Below, piece by piece: positions 1-13,512 of a DNA stretch of 64,000 nt. Numbering within the stretch: position 1 is the stretch's first letter; each line of letters begins with the position of its first letter. Source of the stretch: Octopus vulgaris. Its lineage: Eukaryota. A program made the position numbers and the translations under genes. Below the pieces are notes generated by a model, which saw only the letters and a program-made list of their open reading frames with translations, had not been told where the DNA came from and made no database searches. The DNA lies in NCBI GenBank assembly GCA_951406725.2, contig OX597827.1, forward strand, positions 76,756,001 to 76,820,000. Reading direction: 5' to 3'.

Positions 1-16
1 ATATATATATATATAC

Positions 17-190
<174 letters not shown>

Positions 191-459
191 AGTGCGTCTG
201 TAGAAGTGTGTATATGTGTGCATAGGTGTGTCTGTCTGAAGATCTATACATGTGCATATATGTATATGCATCTTACTCAGTCATTTATCTATACATGCTT
301 CTGTGTGTGTGTGTGTGTGTGTGTTTGTGTGTGCCTATGTGTGTGTACGTGTGTGAGGTAATTGCTACATATGTGTGTGCATGCGTGAGAGTAAGCTGTT
401 GTCTTGAGTGCAGGGCTGTGCATTTAAATGGATGCACAAACGCGATATATACACACACA

Positions 460-700
460 TCATCATCATCATCATCATCATCACCTTCATTATCATCATT
501 GAAAGTCCGTTTTCCTATGCTGGTATGGGTTGGACGGTTTGCTCAGAGCTGGCAAACCGCAGAGCTGCACCAGGCTCCAATTTTCCTTCCTCTGCCATGC
601 TTTTTATGGCTGAATACTCTTTCTGATGCCAACCATTTCAGAGAGTGTACTAGATGCTTTATACATGGCACCAGCACCAGTGCTTTATATGTGGCACCAC
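460..700 (-). mobile_element. Family C repeat fragment (other copies ~1422-1630, 2118-2345, 23820-24035, 35180-35440, 38320-38570, 39270-39612, 48560-48838, 51035-51262, 59725-59835)
   Basis: Shared ggatgcccttcctaacgccaaccactcc core and (CAT/GAT)n tail. Confidence 0.7.
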
Positions 701-703
701 CGT

Positions 704-1040
704 TTAAGTTAAGTTAATTTTTGGGGCTCAAAAAGCAAAAAGCAAGGCCATGTAGGAGGACATGGAGTTATGTACAGGGAGGGTGTTCATGCAAAGAGTT
801 CAGGCCATTTCTGGTCAAGAGAGACTTTGAGCCGAGTGGTCGTCGGCATCTTCACTATCTTGTCCGGCAGCTTATTCCACGGATCCGCAACCCGGACGGA
901 GAAAGCCCCTCTCCTTCGATTGAGATGAAATCATCGCAGATAGAGCTTTTCGGAGTGACCTCACAGCCGATGCTCTGGGGCAGGAGTGAAGAACAGCTCT
1001 TTCAAGAAGTTACACTTTCCGCTTATGATGTTGTGAGCAA
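704..1040 (-). mobile_element. CR1-type LINE 3' end (5'-truncated, with stops)
   Basis: Minus translation ...RL*GHSEKLYLR*FHLNRRRGAFSVRVADPWNKLPDKIVKMPTTTRLKVSLDQKWPELFA* matches the CR1 ORF2 C-terminal pattern (RGH..KL...FS.RV...WN.LP); (AACTT)n tail. Confidence 0.85.
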
Positions 1041-1051
1041 CATCATAAGCA

Positions 1052-1242
1052 TTTGGACCTGGAGATCTCCATTTCCAGCAACTTCGAGGGCCACCTCCCA
1101 GTGGTGTCGGGCGTCAATGAAGAGCCCTCAACTACAACAAGACGACCAAAGTTTTTTCCAAGGTCTGGGGTCTCCGGCATTTAAGCCCTAGACCATCACC
1201 TAATCACCCTTACCCGTCTTAACAACAACAACAACTACTACA
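1052..1242 (+). mobile_element. 3' tip of the same LINE as 49735-50389
   Basis: Close match to 50186-50389 (ttggacctggagatctccatttccagc...accatcacctaatcacccttaccc), with an (AAC)n tail. Confidence 0.75.
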
Positions 1243-2075
1243 TGGCACCAGCACCAGTGTTTTACACGTGGTCCCATCACCAGTGCATTATACATGGCCC
1301 CGGCACCAGGGCTTCATATGTGGCTGTAGCACCAGTGCATATTATGGAGCAGTGACCACACTCATATATATACATGAATTCATATAAGGAATCTTGCAAA
1401 CTAAATACAAAAACAATATATATCATCATCATCATCATCATCGTTTAACGTCCGTTTTCCGCGCTAGCACGGGTTGGACGGTTCGACCGGGGTCTGGGAA
1501 GCCAGGGGCCGCTCCAGGCTCCAGTCTGATTCTGGCAGAGTTTCTACGGCTGGATGCCCTTCCTAACGCCAACCACTCCATGAGTGGATTGGGTGCTTTT
1601 TACGTGCCACCTGCACAGGGGCCGGGGGGTCCGATATATATATATATATATATATAAATATATATGTATGTACGTATTTTTGTGACCCCACCATCACTTG
1701 TATTTGGTAGATGGAAAGTGAAAGAAGCCTGTCTTATATACATATACATGTATGTGTGTTTGTGTGTCTGTGTTTGTCCCCCCAACATCGCTTGACAACT
1801 GATGCTGGTGTGTTTACGTTCCCAGTAACTTAGCAGTTCAGCAAAAGAGACCGATAGAATAAGTACTAGGCTTACGAAGAATAAGTCTTGGTGCCGATTT
1901 GCTTGACTAAAGGTGGTGCTCCAACATGGCCGCAGTCAAATGACTGAAACAAGTAAAAGAGTAAAAGAGTAACATGTTTCTACACAGTTTTTGTCTAACT
2001 TCACTCACAAAGTATGGATCAAATTCAAGATCTCGTGAGTGCAAAGCAAACTTCCTGTCTATTTGGCTACACACA

Positions 2076-2120
<45 letters not shown>

Positions 2121-2639
2121 GATGCCCTTCTTAATGCCAGCCACTCCGAGAATGTAGTGGGTACTTTTTATGTGCCACCGGCACGGGGCCAGTCAGGTGG
2201 TACTTGCAACGACCTCGCTCGGATCTTGATACACATGCCACCAGCACAGGTGCCAGTAAGGCGATGCTGGTAACAATCACACTCAAATGGTGCCCTTGTA
2301 CATGCCACCAACACAGAGGCCAGTTAGCCGCTCTGTCAACAATCACGCCATATACTTGTTAAAGCATTTCAAGCACTTGCGACAGAGTTTTCCTTAACTC
2401 GACCAAAACTTTCAGGTTTATTTCTTAGTCGGTTTTCATCATTGCTCAGAGCTGAATGACCTGAAAAAGAGGAGGTTTGAACAAAAGCATTTGGAAAAAT
2501 ATGCAATGTTTGCCAAAAGCTAAGATTACAGTTATGTATTCACAGATGATAACACAATCTGTTGATCCCTTTTTTTGCCCAGAGCTTACCAAGTCCCATT
2601 ACTTTTCAGACAGACCTCATCTATGTATGTATATATATA

Positions 2640-3018
2640 TTCTTTTATTCTTTTATTTGTTTCAGTCATTTGGCTACGGCCATGCTGGAGCGCCACCTTT
2701 AGTCAAACAAATCGACCCCTGGACTTATTCTTTGTAAGCCTAGTACTTACTCTATTGGTCTCGTTTGCCAAACCGCTAAGTTACGGGGACTTAAACACAC
2801 CAGCATCAGTTGTCAAGTGATTTGGGGGAGGGGGCACACACACACACACAAACACATATGCGACAGGTTTCTTTCAGTTTCCACCTACCAAATCCACTCA
2901 CAAGGCTTTGGTCGGCCTGAGGCTATAGTAGAAGACACTTGCCCAAGGTGTCACGCAGTGGGACTGAACCTGGAACCATGTGGCTGGTAAGCAAGCTATG
3001 TACCACACAGCCACTCCT
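2640..3018 (-). mobile_element. SINE family A
   Basis: Reverse-complement match to 7343-7760. Confidence 0.8.
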
Positions 3019-3637
3019 AATGGATTATGTCGATTATATCCACCCCAGTGCATAACTGGTACTTATTTAATCGACCCCGAAAGGATGAAAGACAAATTCG
3101 ACCTTGGCGGAATTTGAACTCAGAGCGTAACTGCAGACAAAATAACGCTAACGTTTCTGCTAACGTTTCTGCCAGCTCCCCCATTCACCTTGCCAACCCA
3201 CATTCACTCAGCCTGTGCCCTGTGGGGCCACCTGGACTCCTCATTGCCATTATCTCCCTCTTACAACTCCTACTGATCATTTTCTCTTTCTCTTTGTCCC
3301 TGACCCTTTTTCCATAGCTATGCAGATCCCTCTCCAGGCACATGCTCTGCCACCCCACCTATCACAATGATGCCCTCATCCCCTAACGTGAATCTGCATG
3401 CACCCCACCTACTTACCATTAGGGCTTATGGTCCTGTAGATTACACGGCAACCTCAGTATTGTGGGTGCCATGCTTAAAGCACCCGGTGCACTCTGTAAA
3501 GCGATTGGTGCTAGGAAGGGCAGCCAACCCTAAAAACCGTGCCAAATCTAACGTCGGAGATCAATGAAGTCCTTGGACATATCGGATCCTATTGAACGAT
3601 GCAACCCATGCCAGGATGGAAGATGGATGTTAAATAA

Positions 3638-3672
3638 GGATGATGATGATGATGATGATGATGATAATGAAG

Positions 3673-3718
<46 letters not shown>

Positions 3719-3777
3719 AGATATCTGTGTGTGTATGTGTGTGTGCATATAAACAGAGACGTATATGTATGCATGTG

Positions 3778-3835
<58 letters not shown>

Positions 3836-3974
3836 TGTATGTATTATGTGTGTGAGTGTGTGTATATATATATAAACAGAGACGTATATGTATGCATGTG
3901 TGTATATATATATATGTATGTATTATGTGTGTGAGTGTGTGTATATATATATAAACAGAGACGTATATGTATGC

Positions 3975-4010
<36 letters not shown>

Positions 4011-4326
4011 TATGTGTGTGAGTGTATGCATGTGTGTATGTGAGTGTGTGTGTGTATGTGTGAGTGTGTGTACGAGTGTACGTGTGTGTACGTGTGTGTG
4101 TATACATGCACGAAGACTGTTTGATTTACTCCCATTGCATCAAAGTCAAATTTGTTTTCCATTGGAAAGAACACAAAAACTTGGCAAGACGATTCTCTCC
4201 CTTACAATGATAAGACAACAGCCAATGAGAAAAAAACAGTGTGTGTGGGTGTGTGTGTGTGCATTCATACTTACATAAGTAGATAGATGAATGTAGAAGT
4301 ATATACATACATACATGCATACATAC

Positions 4327-4383
<57 letters not shown>

Positions 4384-4520
4384 CATGTTTACACACACAT
4401 AAATACACATATGTATGTATATATACATCTTTATATAAATGTGTATGTATGTATGTATGTATGTATATATATGGATAGATAGATAGATAGATTTTTATGC
4501 ATGTATACATATTTTTTATG

Positions 4521-4584
<64 letters not shown>

Positions 4585-4762
4585 TGTATGTATAAATATA
4601 TATATATAAATATATGTATATATATTTATACATATACATACACACACATGTATATATGTATATATATATTTATACATATATGCTTATATATGTATACATA
4701 CATATATACATACATACAAATACACACACACACACACACACATATATATATGCACGTATGTT

Positions 4763-4847
<85 letters not shown>

Positions 4848-4901
4848 GTGTGTGTATGTATATGTATAAATATGTATACATATATTTATATATATATATT
4901 T

Positions 4902-4960
<59 letters not shown>

Positions 4961-5805
4961 TATATATATCTATGTTGGTGCAGTACTGTGAAGAATGTGA
5001 CACTGCAGTGTCAGTGCAGTTCCTGTATGGGAGAGTTGCCAGAATTTGTGAACCTCAGTTTGGCTGGTTGACCACCACCACAACCACCACCACTACTACC
5101 ATCACCACCACCACCACCAATAACAACAACAACTACAACAATATCATTACTACTACTACCACCACTACCACTACAACTGCTGCCACCAGCTTAATCTTCA
5201 CAGCCACCACCACCACCCTCACCACCACCACCACCACCACCACCACCGACACCCCCACCCCCTTTAAGGTGTGGAGATGTGAGATTAGGTGTGGGGTGGG
5301 GACCTGTGGTGATTGACTGCATTGTTGTATCTGTGTGAATTGCTGAAATATTTTACTACCACCACCACCACCACCACCACCACAACTACTACAACTGTTA
5401 CTAGTTTTACTACACCACCAACACCATCACAACCACTGCTACTACTACTACCACCAGCACCACCACCAATACTACTACTACTACTAAGACTACCACCACC
5501 ACCACCACCATTACTACTTCTACTGCTACCACCACCCACACAACCACCACTACCACCACCCACACAACTACCACTACTACTGCTACAACTATTACTAGTT
5601 TTGCTACACCACCACCATCATCACCACCACCACCACCACCACCACCACCACCACAACCACCATCACCACCATTACTACTACTATTACTACTACTATTACT
5701 ACTACTACTACCACCACCACCACCTCACCACTACTACTACAGCTATTACTAATTTCATTACACCATCACGACAACCACCACCACCACCACTACCACTACT
5801 ACTAT
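3638..5805. repeat. Microsatellite block: (GAT)n, (TA)n, (TG)n, (ACC/ACT)n
   Basis: Directly visible. Confidence 0.95.
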
Positions 5806-6558
5806 TTGGACAAATTTACTGTTGTTGGGAGACAATGAAATAATTTTAATGTGGTCTCTGAATATGCTAGAAATAGAAGCAGATTTTCTCTCATTTCACA
5901 CAGGACCAGTTTAATGAAAGGAAGAAATCATTAGATGGTATACTCCTAGATACACTATGCCTGGAAAAAAAATTTCGGAAAAGTCCTTTTTCAATTTGGA
6001 ATCCCTTTGATCACTGGTTGCCTAGGCCAGGGCTGACCAAGGGTTAAAGAAGAAGAACAACAACAACAATAACCAATCAAGTCAACAAGAGAAACATACC
6101 ATGAACCACCGAGGAAGCTTTTACTCTGTTGATTGACATGCTAAAAATAGCAGTTAAATTCTCTGAAATGCAAGAATTTTGCAAATTGGAATAAACAACT
6201 TTACTGACCCCCTTCATTGGAATCCCTACTGACTGCTTTCATGAAAGTGTGCCTAGATTGGAAGAATTTAGTACCTGGAATTAAAAGGAACACAAAAGGA
6301 CCATGTCTGGAAAAGCTTTGGTCATAGCTCCAAGGTTGACCCGAAGCTAAACATTCTATATATGTGTGTGTGTATATATATATATATATTTATATATTAT
6401 ATCTAGTTTCAGCTCACGAGCTGTGGCCATGCTGGGGCACCGCCATTTAAAAAATAGGTTGATCTGAAGTAGAGAGCAATGCCCATATGTGTTAGAAAGA
6501 TCGATTGATCTCTTCCGTCCTTGTCAAGGGGAGTGCTAACCGTCTCTCCTTTTTTGCA

Positions 6559-6598
<40 letters not shown>

Positions 6599-6600
6599 TA

Positions 6601-6975
6601 GACGCAGGAGTGGCTGTGTGGTCAGGAGCTTGCTTCACAACCATATGGTTCCAGGTTCAGTCTCAATGCATGGCACCTTGAGCAAGTGTCTTCTGCTGGA
6701 GCTTCCGGCTGACCAATGCCTTGTGAGTAGATTTGGTAGATGGAAACTGAAAGAAGCCTGTCGTATGTGTGTATGTGTGTGTGTGTTTGTCTCTGTGTTT
6801 GTCTCCCCCACCACCATCGCTTGACAACCAATGTTGGTGTGTTTACATCCCGGTAACTTAACAGTTCAGCTTACAAAGAATAAGTCCTTGGGTCGATTTG
6901 TTTGACTAAAGGCGGTGCTCCAGCATGGCCACAGTCAACTGACTGAAACTGGTAAAAGAGTAAAAGAACAAAAGA
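6601..6975 (+). mobile_element. SINE family A
   Basis: Head, internal microsatellite and tail match family A. Confidence 0.8.
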
Positions 6976-7042
<67 letters not shown>

Positions 7043-7308
7043 CATATATACATTTGTCACTAAATGTGACTAGGGTGTTAAAAACACCTAGATTGCTAGA
7101 AATAAGAGCTAAAATGCTAAAATATATTATTAACGCACATGAATGACAACATTTACACTAACAGGGACCTTCATTGATATGCGTTAACTACAGCATTAGA
7201 GGATTTTAGCTCTTATTTCTAGCAATGTAGGTATTTCTAACACCCTAGTCACATTTAGTGACAATCATAATTCTCCTTTTTGGTGAAGCATTACAACCTG
7301 CTCTTTAC

Positions 7309-7342
<34 letters not shown>

Positions 7343-7346
<4 letters not shown>

Positions 7347-7760
7347 CGCAGGAGTGGCTGTGTGGTAAGTAGCTTGCTTACCAACCACATGGTTCCGGGT
7401 TCAGTCCCACTGCGTGGCATCTTGGGCAAGTGTCTTCTGCTATAGCCCTGGGCCGACCAATGCCTTGTGAGTGGATTTGGTAGACAGAAACTGAAAGAAG
7501 CCTGTCATATATATGTATATATATATATATATGTGTGTGTGTACGTGTTTGTGTGTCTGTGTTAGTCCCCCTAGCATTGCTTGACAACCGATGCTGGTGT
7601 GTTTATGTCCCCGTCACTTAGCGGTTTGGCAAAAGAGACCGATAGAATAAGTACTGGGCTTACAAAGAATAAGTCCCGGGGTCGATTTGCTCGACTAAAG
7701 GCGGTGCTCCAGCATGGCAGCAGTCAAATGACTGAAACAAGTAAATGAGTAAACGAGTAA
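7343..7760 (+). mobile_element. tRNA-derived SINE family A, full length (CORE-like)
   Basis: Head aggcgcaggagtggctgtgtggtaag...ggttcagtccc, CORE-like cttgggcaagtgtctt, internal (TA)/(TG) microsatellite and (gagtaaaa)n-type tail. Confidence 0.85.
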
Positions 7761-7831
7761 ATATAAATTTTTTCCATAATAAGATAAAAAAACCAAGGCT
7801 GTGTAGATTTTAGAACATTTATAAATAGAAG

Positions 7832-7883
7832 GCCTTACAGCTGTTTCCAGGATATTTATTTACTATATCCCTTCATCAGAGAC
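7832..7883 (-). ncRNA. Minimal type I hammerhead ribozyme motif
   Basis: GUCU-CUGAUGA-A-GGGAUAU(loop)AUAUCCU-G-GAAA-C-AGCU-G-UA-AGGC: 4-bp helix I, 7-bp helix II, palindromic CAGCUG helix III, GUA triplet. Confidence 0.65.
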
Positions 7884-8055
7884 GGTGTGAGAGAATGGTT
7901 AAATAATGGTTAATTTAGATAAGATACAAAATAGAGAGTGAGGTGGAGGAATGAAAATAGATGTGAGATATGCTGGGATATTGTATTCGTAGATCCATTA
8001 TTTAGGCAGAATGGTATACATATAAGATTCCAATGCCTTATGAGTAAAAAACAAC

Positions 8056-8392
8056 ACCTGCTACTCAGTAGACTAGCATTGTCATTGGACTATCATCCTT
8101 TTGGCCCCCATGAAAGAGGGTTTGAGAGGCAAACATTATTCCAGTGATGAGGAAGTGAAAACTGTAGTGAAGAAGTGGCTCAAAGAACAGTCAACAGAAT
8201 TTTACGGGGCAGGGATACATGCTCTCATTCGAAGGTGGAACATTGCTATTGAGAGAAACGGTGACTATGTTAAGAAGTAGGGATGTGATCCACAGAGGAC
8301 CAGCTTCATTTTGATGCATGATACACGTTCCTGTGTTGGTAATTATACCTGTCCTAAACAAAATGGCATTACTTTTTGACTCACCCTTGTGT
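8056..8392 (+). mobile_element. Mariner transposon 3' fragment with terminal inverted repeat
   Basis: Decayed YSPDLAPSDYHLF motif then MKEGLRGKHYSSDEEVKTVVKKWLKEQSTEFYGAGIHALIRRWNIAIERNGDYVKK* (stop 8278-8280); end ttactttttgactcaccctt. Confidence 0.85.
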
Positions 8393-10673
8393 ATAAGTAA
8401 CTATTTGGACTTTGGGTCTATGTTTATTAGTATGCTGATCAAAGCCCATTCACTGTTTGGGCTACCTGATGTTATCCACAGTAACGATATAATTTTCACT
8501 GGATCTCTGTCAGGAATTCTACAGTGGTCATTTGCTTTATAATTGACAAGGGAAACGGAAAATATATTTGGTACGAATCTTTATTCAACACAATGATTGT
8601 CTCAACTCGTCCTGTCCTTTAGGGGTAGGATATTGTGCATCTAGTTGCATTGCATCAATCAAAGCAGTCTGTGTCTCCTCAGGTGTTTGGTAACCAGACC
8701 CACCTGCAGGTTATAACCCCAGAATTACTCTTCTTCCCATCAGTGTATGCAAGTACTAAGAAGGAGTGCAACATGCCTGGAAGAAATAAGTATAAAAAAA
8801 GCAGGGTGTCTTTTATAGGAAACACCTGAGGAGACACACACTGCACTGAATGATTGAGACGCAGCAAGATGCACAATGTCCAATGCGTAAGGGAGAGCTG
8901 CAGGATGGGGCGACACAATCGTTGTGCTCAATAAGGACTTCTACCAAATCCATTTTCCATTTCCTTCATCAATTATGTCTGTGTGTGTGCATGTGTGTGT
9001 GTGTGCATGTATGTGTGTGTATGTGTGTGTGTGAGTGTGTGTGTGTGCATGTGTATCTGTGTGTGTGAGTGTGTGTGTGTATGGTGTATCTGTGCATGTG
9101 TGTATGTGTTTGTGTGAGTGTGCATGTGTATCTGTGTATGAGTGTGTGTATCTGTGTGTGTGTGTGTGTGTGTGTAAGTGTGCATGTGTATCTGTGTGTG
9201 TATGAGTGTGTGTGTGTATGTGAGTGTGCATGTGTATCTGTATGTGTGTATCTGTGTTTGTGTGTGAGTGTGCATGTGTATCTGTGTATGAGTGTGTGTA
9301 TCTGTATGTGTGTATCTGTGTGTGTGTATCTGTGTGTGAGTGAGCATGTGTATCTTTGTGTGTGAGTGTGTGCATGTGTGGTGTATCTGTGTGTGTGTAT
9401 CTATGTGTGTGTGTGTGTGCGTTTGTCCCCCACCACCACTTGACAATCAGTTATTTTTTTTTTTTGTTTACATCCCTGTAACTTAGTGGTTTAGCAAAAG
9501 AGACTGATAGAATAATTACCAAGCTTTGAAAATAAAAAGGTCAATTCATTCCTCTAAAAATTCTTCAAGTTGGTGCTCCAGCATGGCCACAGTCTAATAA
9601 CTGAAACAAATAAAAACAGAAAAGATCATTCATGATACAGACAGAAGATAGGGTCTGTTTTGTTTTTGTTCTTGAACCCTGGGACAGACAAGGCCTGTTA
9701 CCCCATGTCCATGGTGTATGAGGGATCAGGATCATAAGAATCCCTCTGAACAGGATGCTGGACCATTGCAGGATTGAAGAGCAGAAATTTCGAGGGGAGG
9801 GGGACAAGCTGATTATATTGACCCCAGCGCTTGACTGGTACTTTATTTTATCGACCCCCCCCCCCCCTCCACACCCCAATACAGGCAGGATTTGAACTCA
9901 GTGTGTTCACCACCATCAACACACACCACCCCTACCATCACCACCATCACCCCCCACCCCACCCCCACCCCCCACCAACACCACTAACATCACCACCAAC
10001 ACCACCAACACCACCACCACCACACTGAACAGAACACCTTTGAAGAGAGATCTGTTGGGTCAGGATCAATCTGGAGCTATACAACAACAGTAGTAAACCT
10101 AAGTGATATATCCATCAACAGCAGCACCTACCCCATTCCCCCACCCCCACCACACCCCTCCTGGCCGCCGTTAATCCCACCACCACCACCACCACTGCCA
10201 ATCCCACCACAATACCTGGAAGACTTTTGGTCATCAGTTTGCTGGATCAGGACGGATCTGGAACTATACAACAACAAGCATTAGTAAACATGAGCAACAA
10301 TCATCATCTCCACCTACCACTCCCACTCCCACCACTACCACCACCACCACCACAACCACAGCAAGAACCCCTTCAAACATACGTCAGCTGACCCACAGCT
10401 GACATGAACAAATGGAAGCACACACTTCTCAACGTGTCTTGAATTACCCATCAAAAGAATTAGTTGAAATTTGCTGCATTTATTAGGAGACATTTTTTGT
10501 TATACATTTCACCTTATTGAACATCTGTTATCTATAATATTGTTAGTTAATTGATAATTTAATTACATTGGTACTGTTATGCAAATCAGGTTAAGTACAT
10601 TAATGAGGTCGTCATATATTACGACTATAAATAACTGTAAATTATTTCTCTCCCTATCATCAGATTGAGAGGA

Positions 10674-10727
10674 AGATTGCTCTCTGATGAATACCCCAAT
10701 TAGATTAGAAACCAGTCAGAGCAATCT
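10674..10727 (+). ncRNA. Minimal type I hammerhead ribozyme motif (helix II decayed)
   Basis: AGAUUGCUCU-CUGAUGA-17 nt-GAAA-C-CA-G-UC-AGAGCAAUCU: a perfect 10-bp helix I closes exactly around the core and the GUC triplet. Confidence 0.65.
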
Positions 10728-11694
10728 CCTTTTCTTGTCATACAGAGCTTTTAACACAAGATCTTCCTACTCATTAAATTGCTTTAATATAATAAATTGC
10801 CCATTAATTAATCTATGGCTTTCATTATCAATAATTTATTGTGTAAAAGTATTTACTGCTTATAATTCAATTTTTTAGGGGTTTTAAGTATTCAGTTTGA
10901 CTGAGAACTCTTTTAAATTAAGATTTAATCAACACCCACATACTTTTATATCCTAAAAGAGCTTTTGACACAAATTTATTGAAGTAAATGCAGTTCTTAA
11001 AGCTTAACAATGTTAGGCTCCATAAAGTTATTTAGTGGATATTAGACCATGGCACTTTTTATAATCAAGCTAAAATGGCTGTGATCTTTGTATTTCAGAG
11101 AAAAGTATGAAACCTATTTTAAGCAATCATTCAGAGCTGACATCTTTTATGTTCCCAGGAATCGAAATATTTGCTGAAATATTTAAATCTGCCTGAAGCT
11201 TGAACCCCAGACTGCCTCATCCCTTGTCATTATACACCCTAAACAAATAAAAACATCTTTCTATTATTCATATACATTACATCTTCAATGGTTTTTATCT
11301 CGTATAAAAATCAACTGATTCATTTTTGCTATTACTTGAATTTCAGGAAATTTCTGTTGTCATTTTGAAAGCCATTTTCAGCACCAAACCAAAAGAAGGG
11401 TGGGCAAGAAAATCAAGTGTAGCCATTTGTCTCTGACCTGGATTCCATCTCCTTTCAGTGCAGCCACTCCAATTATTTGGAAGACAGTCTTTTGCTTTTT
11501 TTTTTTGTTTTACTTGCCTCAGTCAAGTTTTACTTGCTGGGGCATCACCTGCAAGAATGTTGAGTCCAACAAATCAACCCCAGTGTTTATTCTCATTCAA
11601 GCCTGGTACTTATTCTATCGGTTGTCAAAGCAGAAGTGGGGGAAGACACACACACATGAGTGTGTATATATTAATTATATATATATATATATAT

Positions 11695-12350
11695 ATCATC
11701 ATCATCATCATCATCATCATCGTTTAGCGTCCGTTTTCCATGCTAGCATGGGTTGGACAGTTCTACTGGGGTCTGTGAAGCCAGAAGGCTTCATCAGGCC
11801 CAGTCAAATCTGGCAGTGTTTCTACGGCTGGATGCCCTTCCTAACGCCAACCACTCCGTGAGTGTAGTGGGTGCTTTTTACGTGCCACCCGCACTGGTGC
11901 CAGACAGAGCTGGCAAACGGCCACGAACGGATGGTGCTTTTTATGTGCCACTGGCACGAGGGCCAGGCGAGGCTGGCAACGGACACGAAACGGGGCGGTG
12001 CTGGCAACGGTCGCGAAACGGAAAGTTCTCTACATGCCACCGGCACTGGTAACACATCTGCAATTTCCATTGATCGATTTCCATTGATCGATTTCGATTC
12101 TGATCGTCACTTGCCTCAACGGGTCTTCACAAGCAGAGTTTTGACATGCCACCGGCACTGGTAGCACATCCGCAATTTCCATTGATCGATTTCTGATTCT
12201 TGATCCTCACTTGCCTCATCACGTCTTCACAAGTAGAGTTTTGTGTCCCAAGAAGGGAAGGTATGCATACGTAGGCTGGCTCCATCCCATGTAGAAGGCC
12301 ACGGGTTATGGACTCACTTGTCCTGCCGGGTCTTCTCGCGCACAGCACAC
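11695..12350 (-). mobile_element. Family C (RTE 3' end), long copy
   Basis: (CAT)n-cgtttagcgtccgttttccatgctagcatggg... with subrepeats, up to the ORF end ..AVREKTRQDK*. Confidence 0.7.
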
Positions 12351-12554
12351 TGTGACCGCGTGTGTACTGTTGGCGATTTTTTTTCCTCCGTCTTCCCTTC
12401 TCTGGATCTTTCCTTCTCCTATGATTCCGACGAAGAGCTCCGCTCGAAACGTAAAACCCTCCTTCTTCCCTTCCTTCCTGAGCGTCCAATAATACTATAT
12501 TTGTTCCACGTCCACGCGTTGTTGTGTTTTCTCTTTGTGTTTTCATGTTTGGAT

Positions 12555-12560
<6 letters not shown>
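12351..12560 (+). mobile_element. ~210-bp hammerhead-bearing repeat (family E), copy 1
   Basis: Runs tgtgaccgcgtgtgtac...tttggattaacta then (TA)n; same ends as the copies at 22541 and 45896. Confidence 0.75.
12423..12457 (+). ncRNA. Hammerhead-like motif, mutated core (CCGACGA)
   Basis: CCGACGA-A-GAGC-UCC-GCUC-GAAA-CG-UA-AAAC; paralog of the motifs at 22644 and 45996. Confidence 0.5.
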
Positions 12561-12600
<40 letters not shown>

Positions 12601-12630
12601 AGTGTATGTCTATATATATAGAGAGAGAGA

Positions 12631-12687
<57 letters not shown>

Positions 12688-13462
12688 TGCATGGAAAGAA
12701 ATGGGGAAGTAAATAGGGAGAGGAGGGATGTAGAAGGTGGAGAGTGAGAGAGAGAGAGAAGAGAAGAAAGAGAGGAAAGCAGAGAGAGATAGACATGGAA
12801 GGTGAAGAGAGAGGGGAGAGAAAGAAAGAAAGAAAGAAACAAATGGAAGAAGAGAGAGAAAGAGGTGTAGAAGAGGAAATAAAGAGGGGAGTGCAGAAAG
12901 AGAGAGGGAGTAACAAAGGAAGGAAAAAGAAAAGAAAGAAATGCAGAAGTGTTGAATCAAGATGTAAATCTTCTCTGTGAAGCATGGTTTGCATTCTTTG
13001 ACCTCTTTATAAATATGGAGTTACAACTTCCAAACTAGTGCTGATCAGTGCACAGCAGCTCTTGATGTTTGTAGTGTTGTTTGCATTGATGATTGTTGTA
13101 CATGAAGTGTTACTTGGAGTGGTCATGGTTATATGCAGACTGGGGGTCTGGTGGTGGTGGCTTTATCACATGGTGTTAAATGCAATGTTGTATGGATCAG
13201 TGATGGCATTGATATTGCATAGCACCAGTTCAGCCCTAATGAAAATAAGCCTTTCATTAAAGCTGCTCCATACATGACCATCCCATTTTGTTATTCAGAG
13301 AGTAGTGTATAATTGCTTCCCATGGTTTCAGGATTAGTTTCTCAGTAAAGTACCTTGGGCTAGTTTCTTTTACTATAGCCCCGAGCCAAACAAAGCTTTG
13401 TGAGTGGGTAGATGGAAACTGAAAGAAGCCCATTGTATATATCTGTTTGTATGTGCGTGTGC

Positions 13463-13512
<50 letters not shown>

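Noticed and set aside
721-1191. 156-aa ORF on the + strand
   Set aside because: It is the antisense of a CR1 3' end fused to another LINE's 3' UTR.
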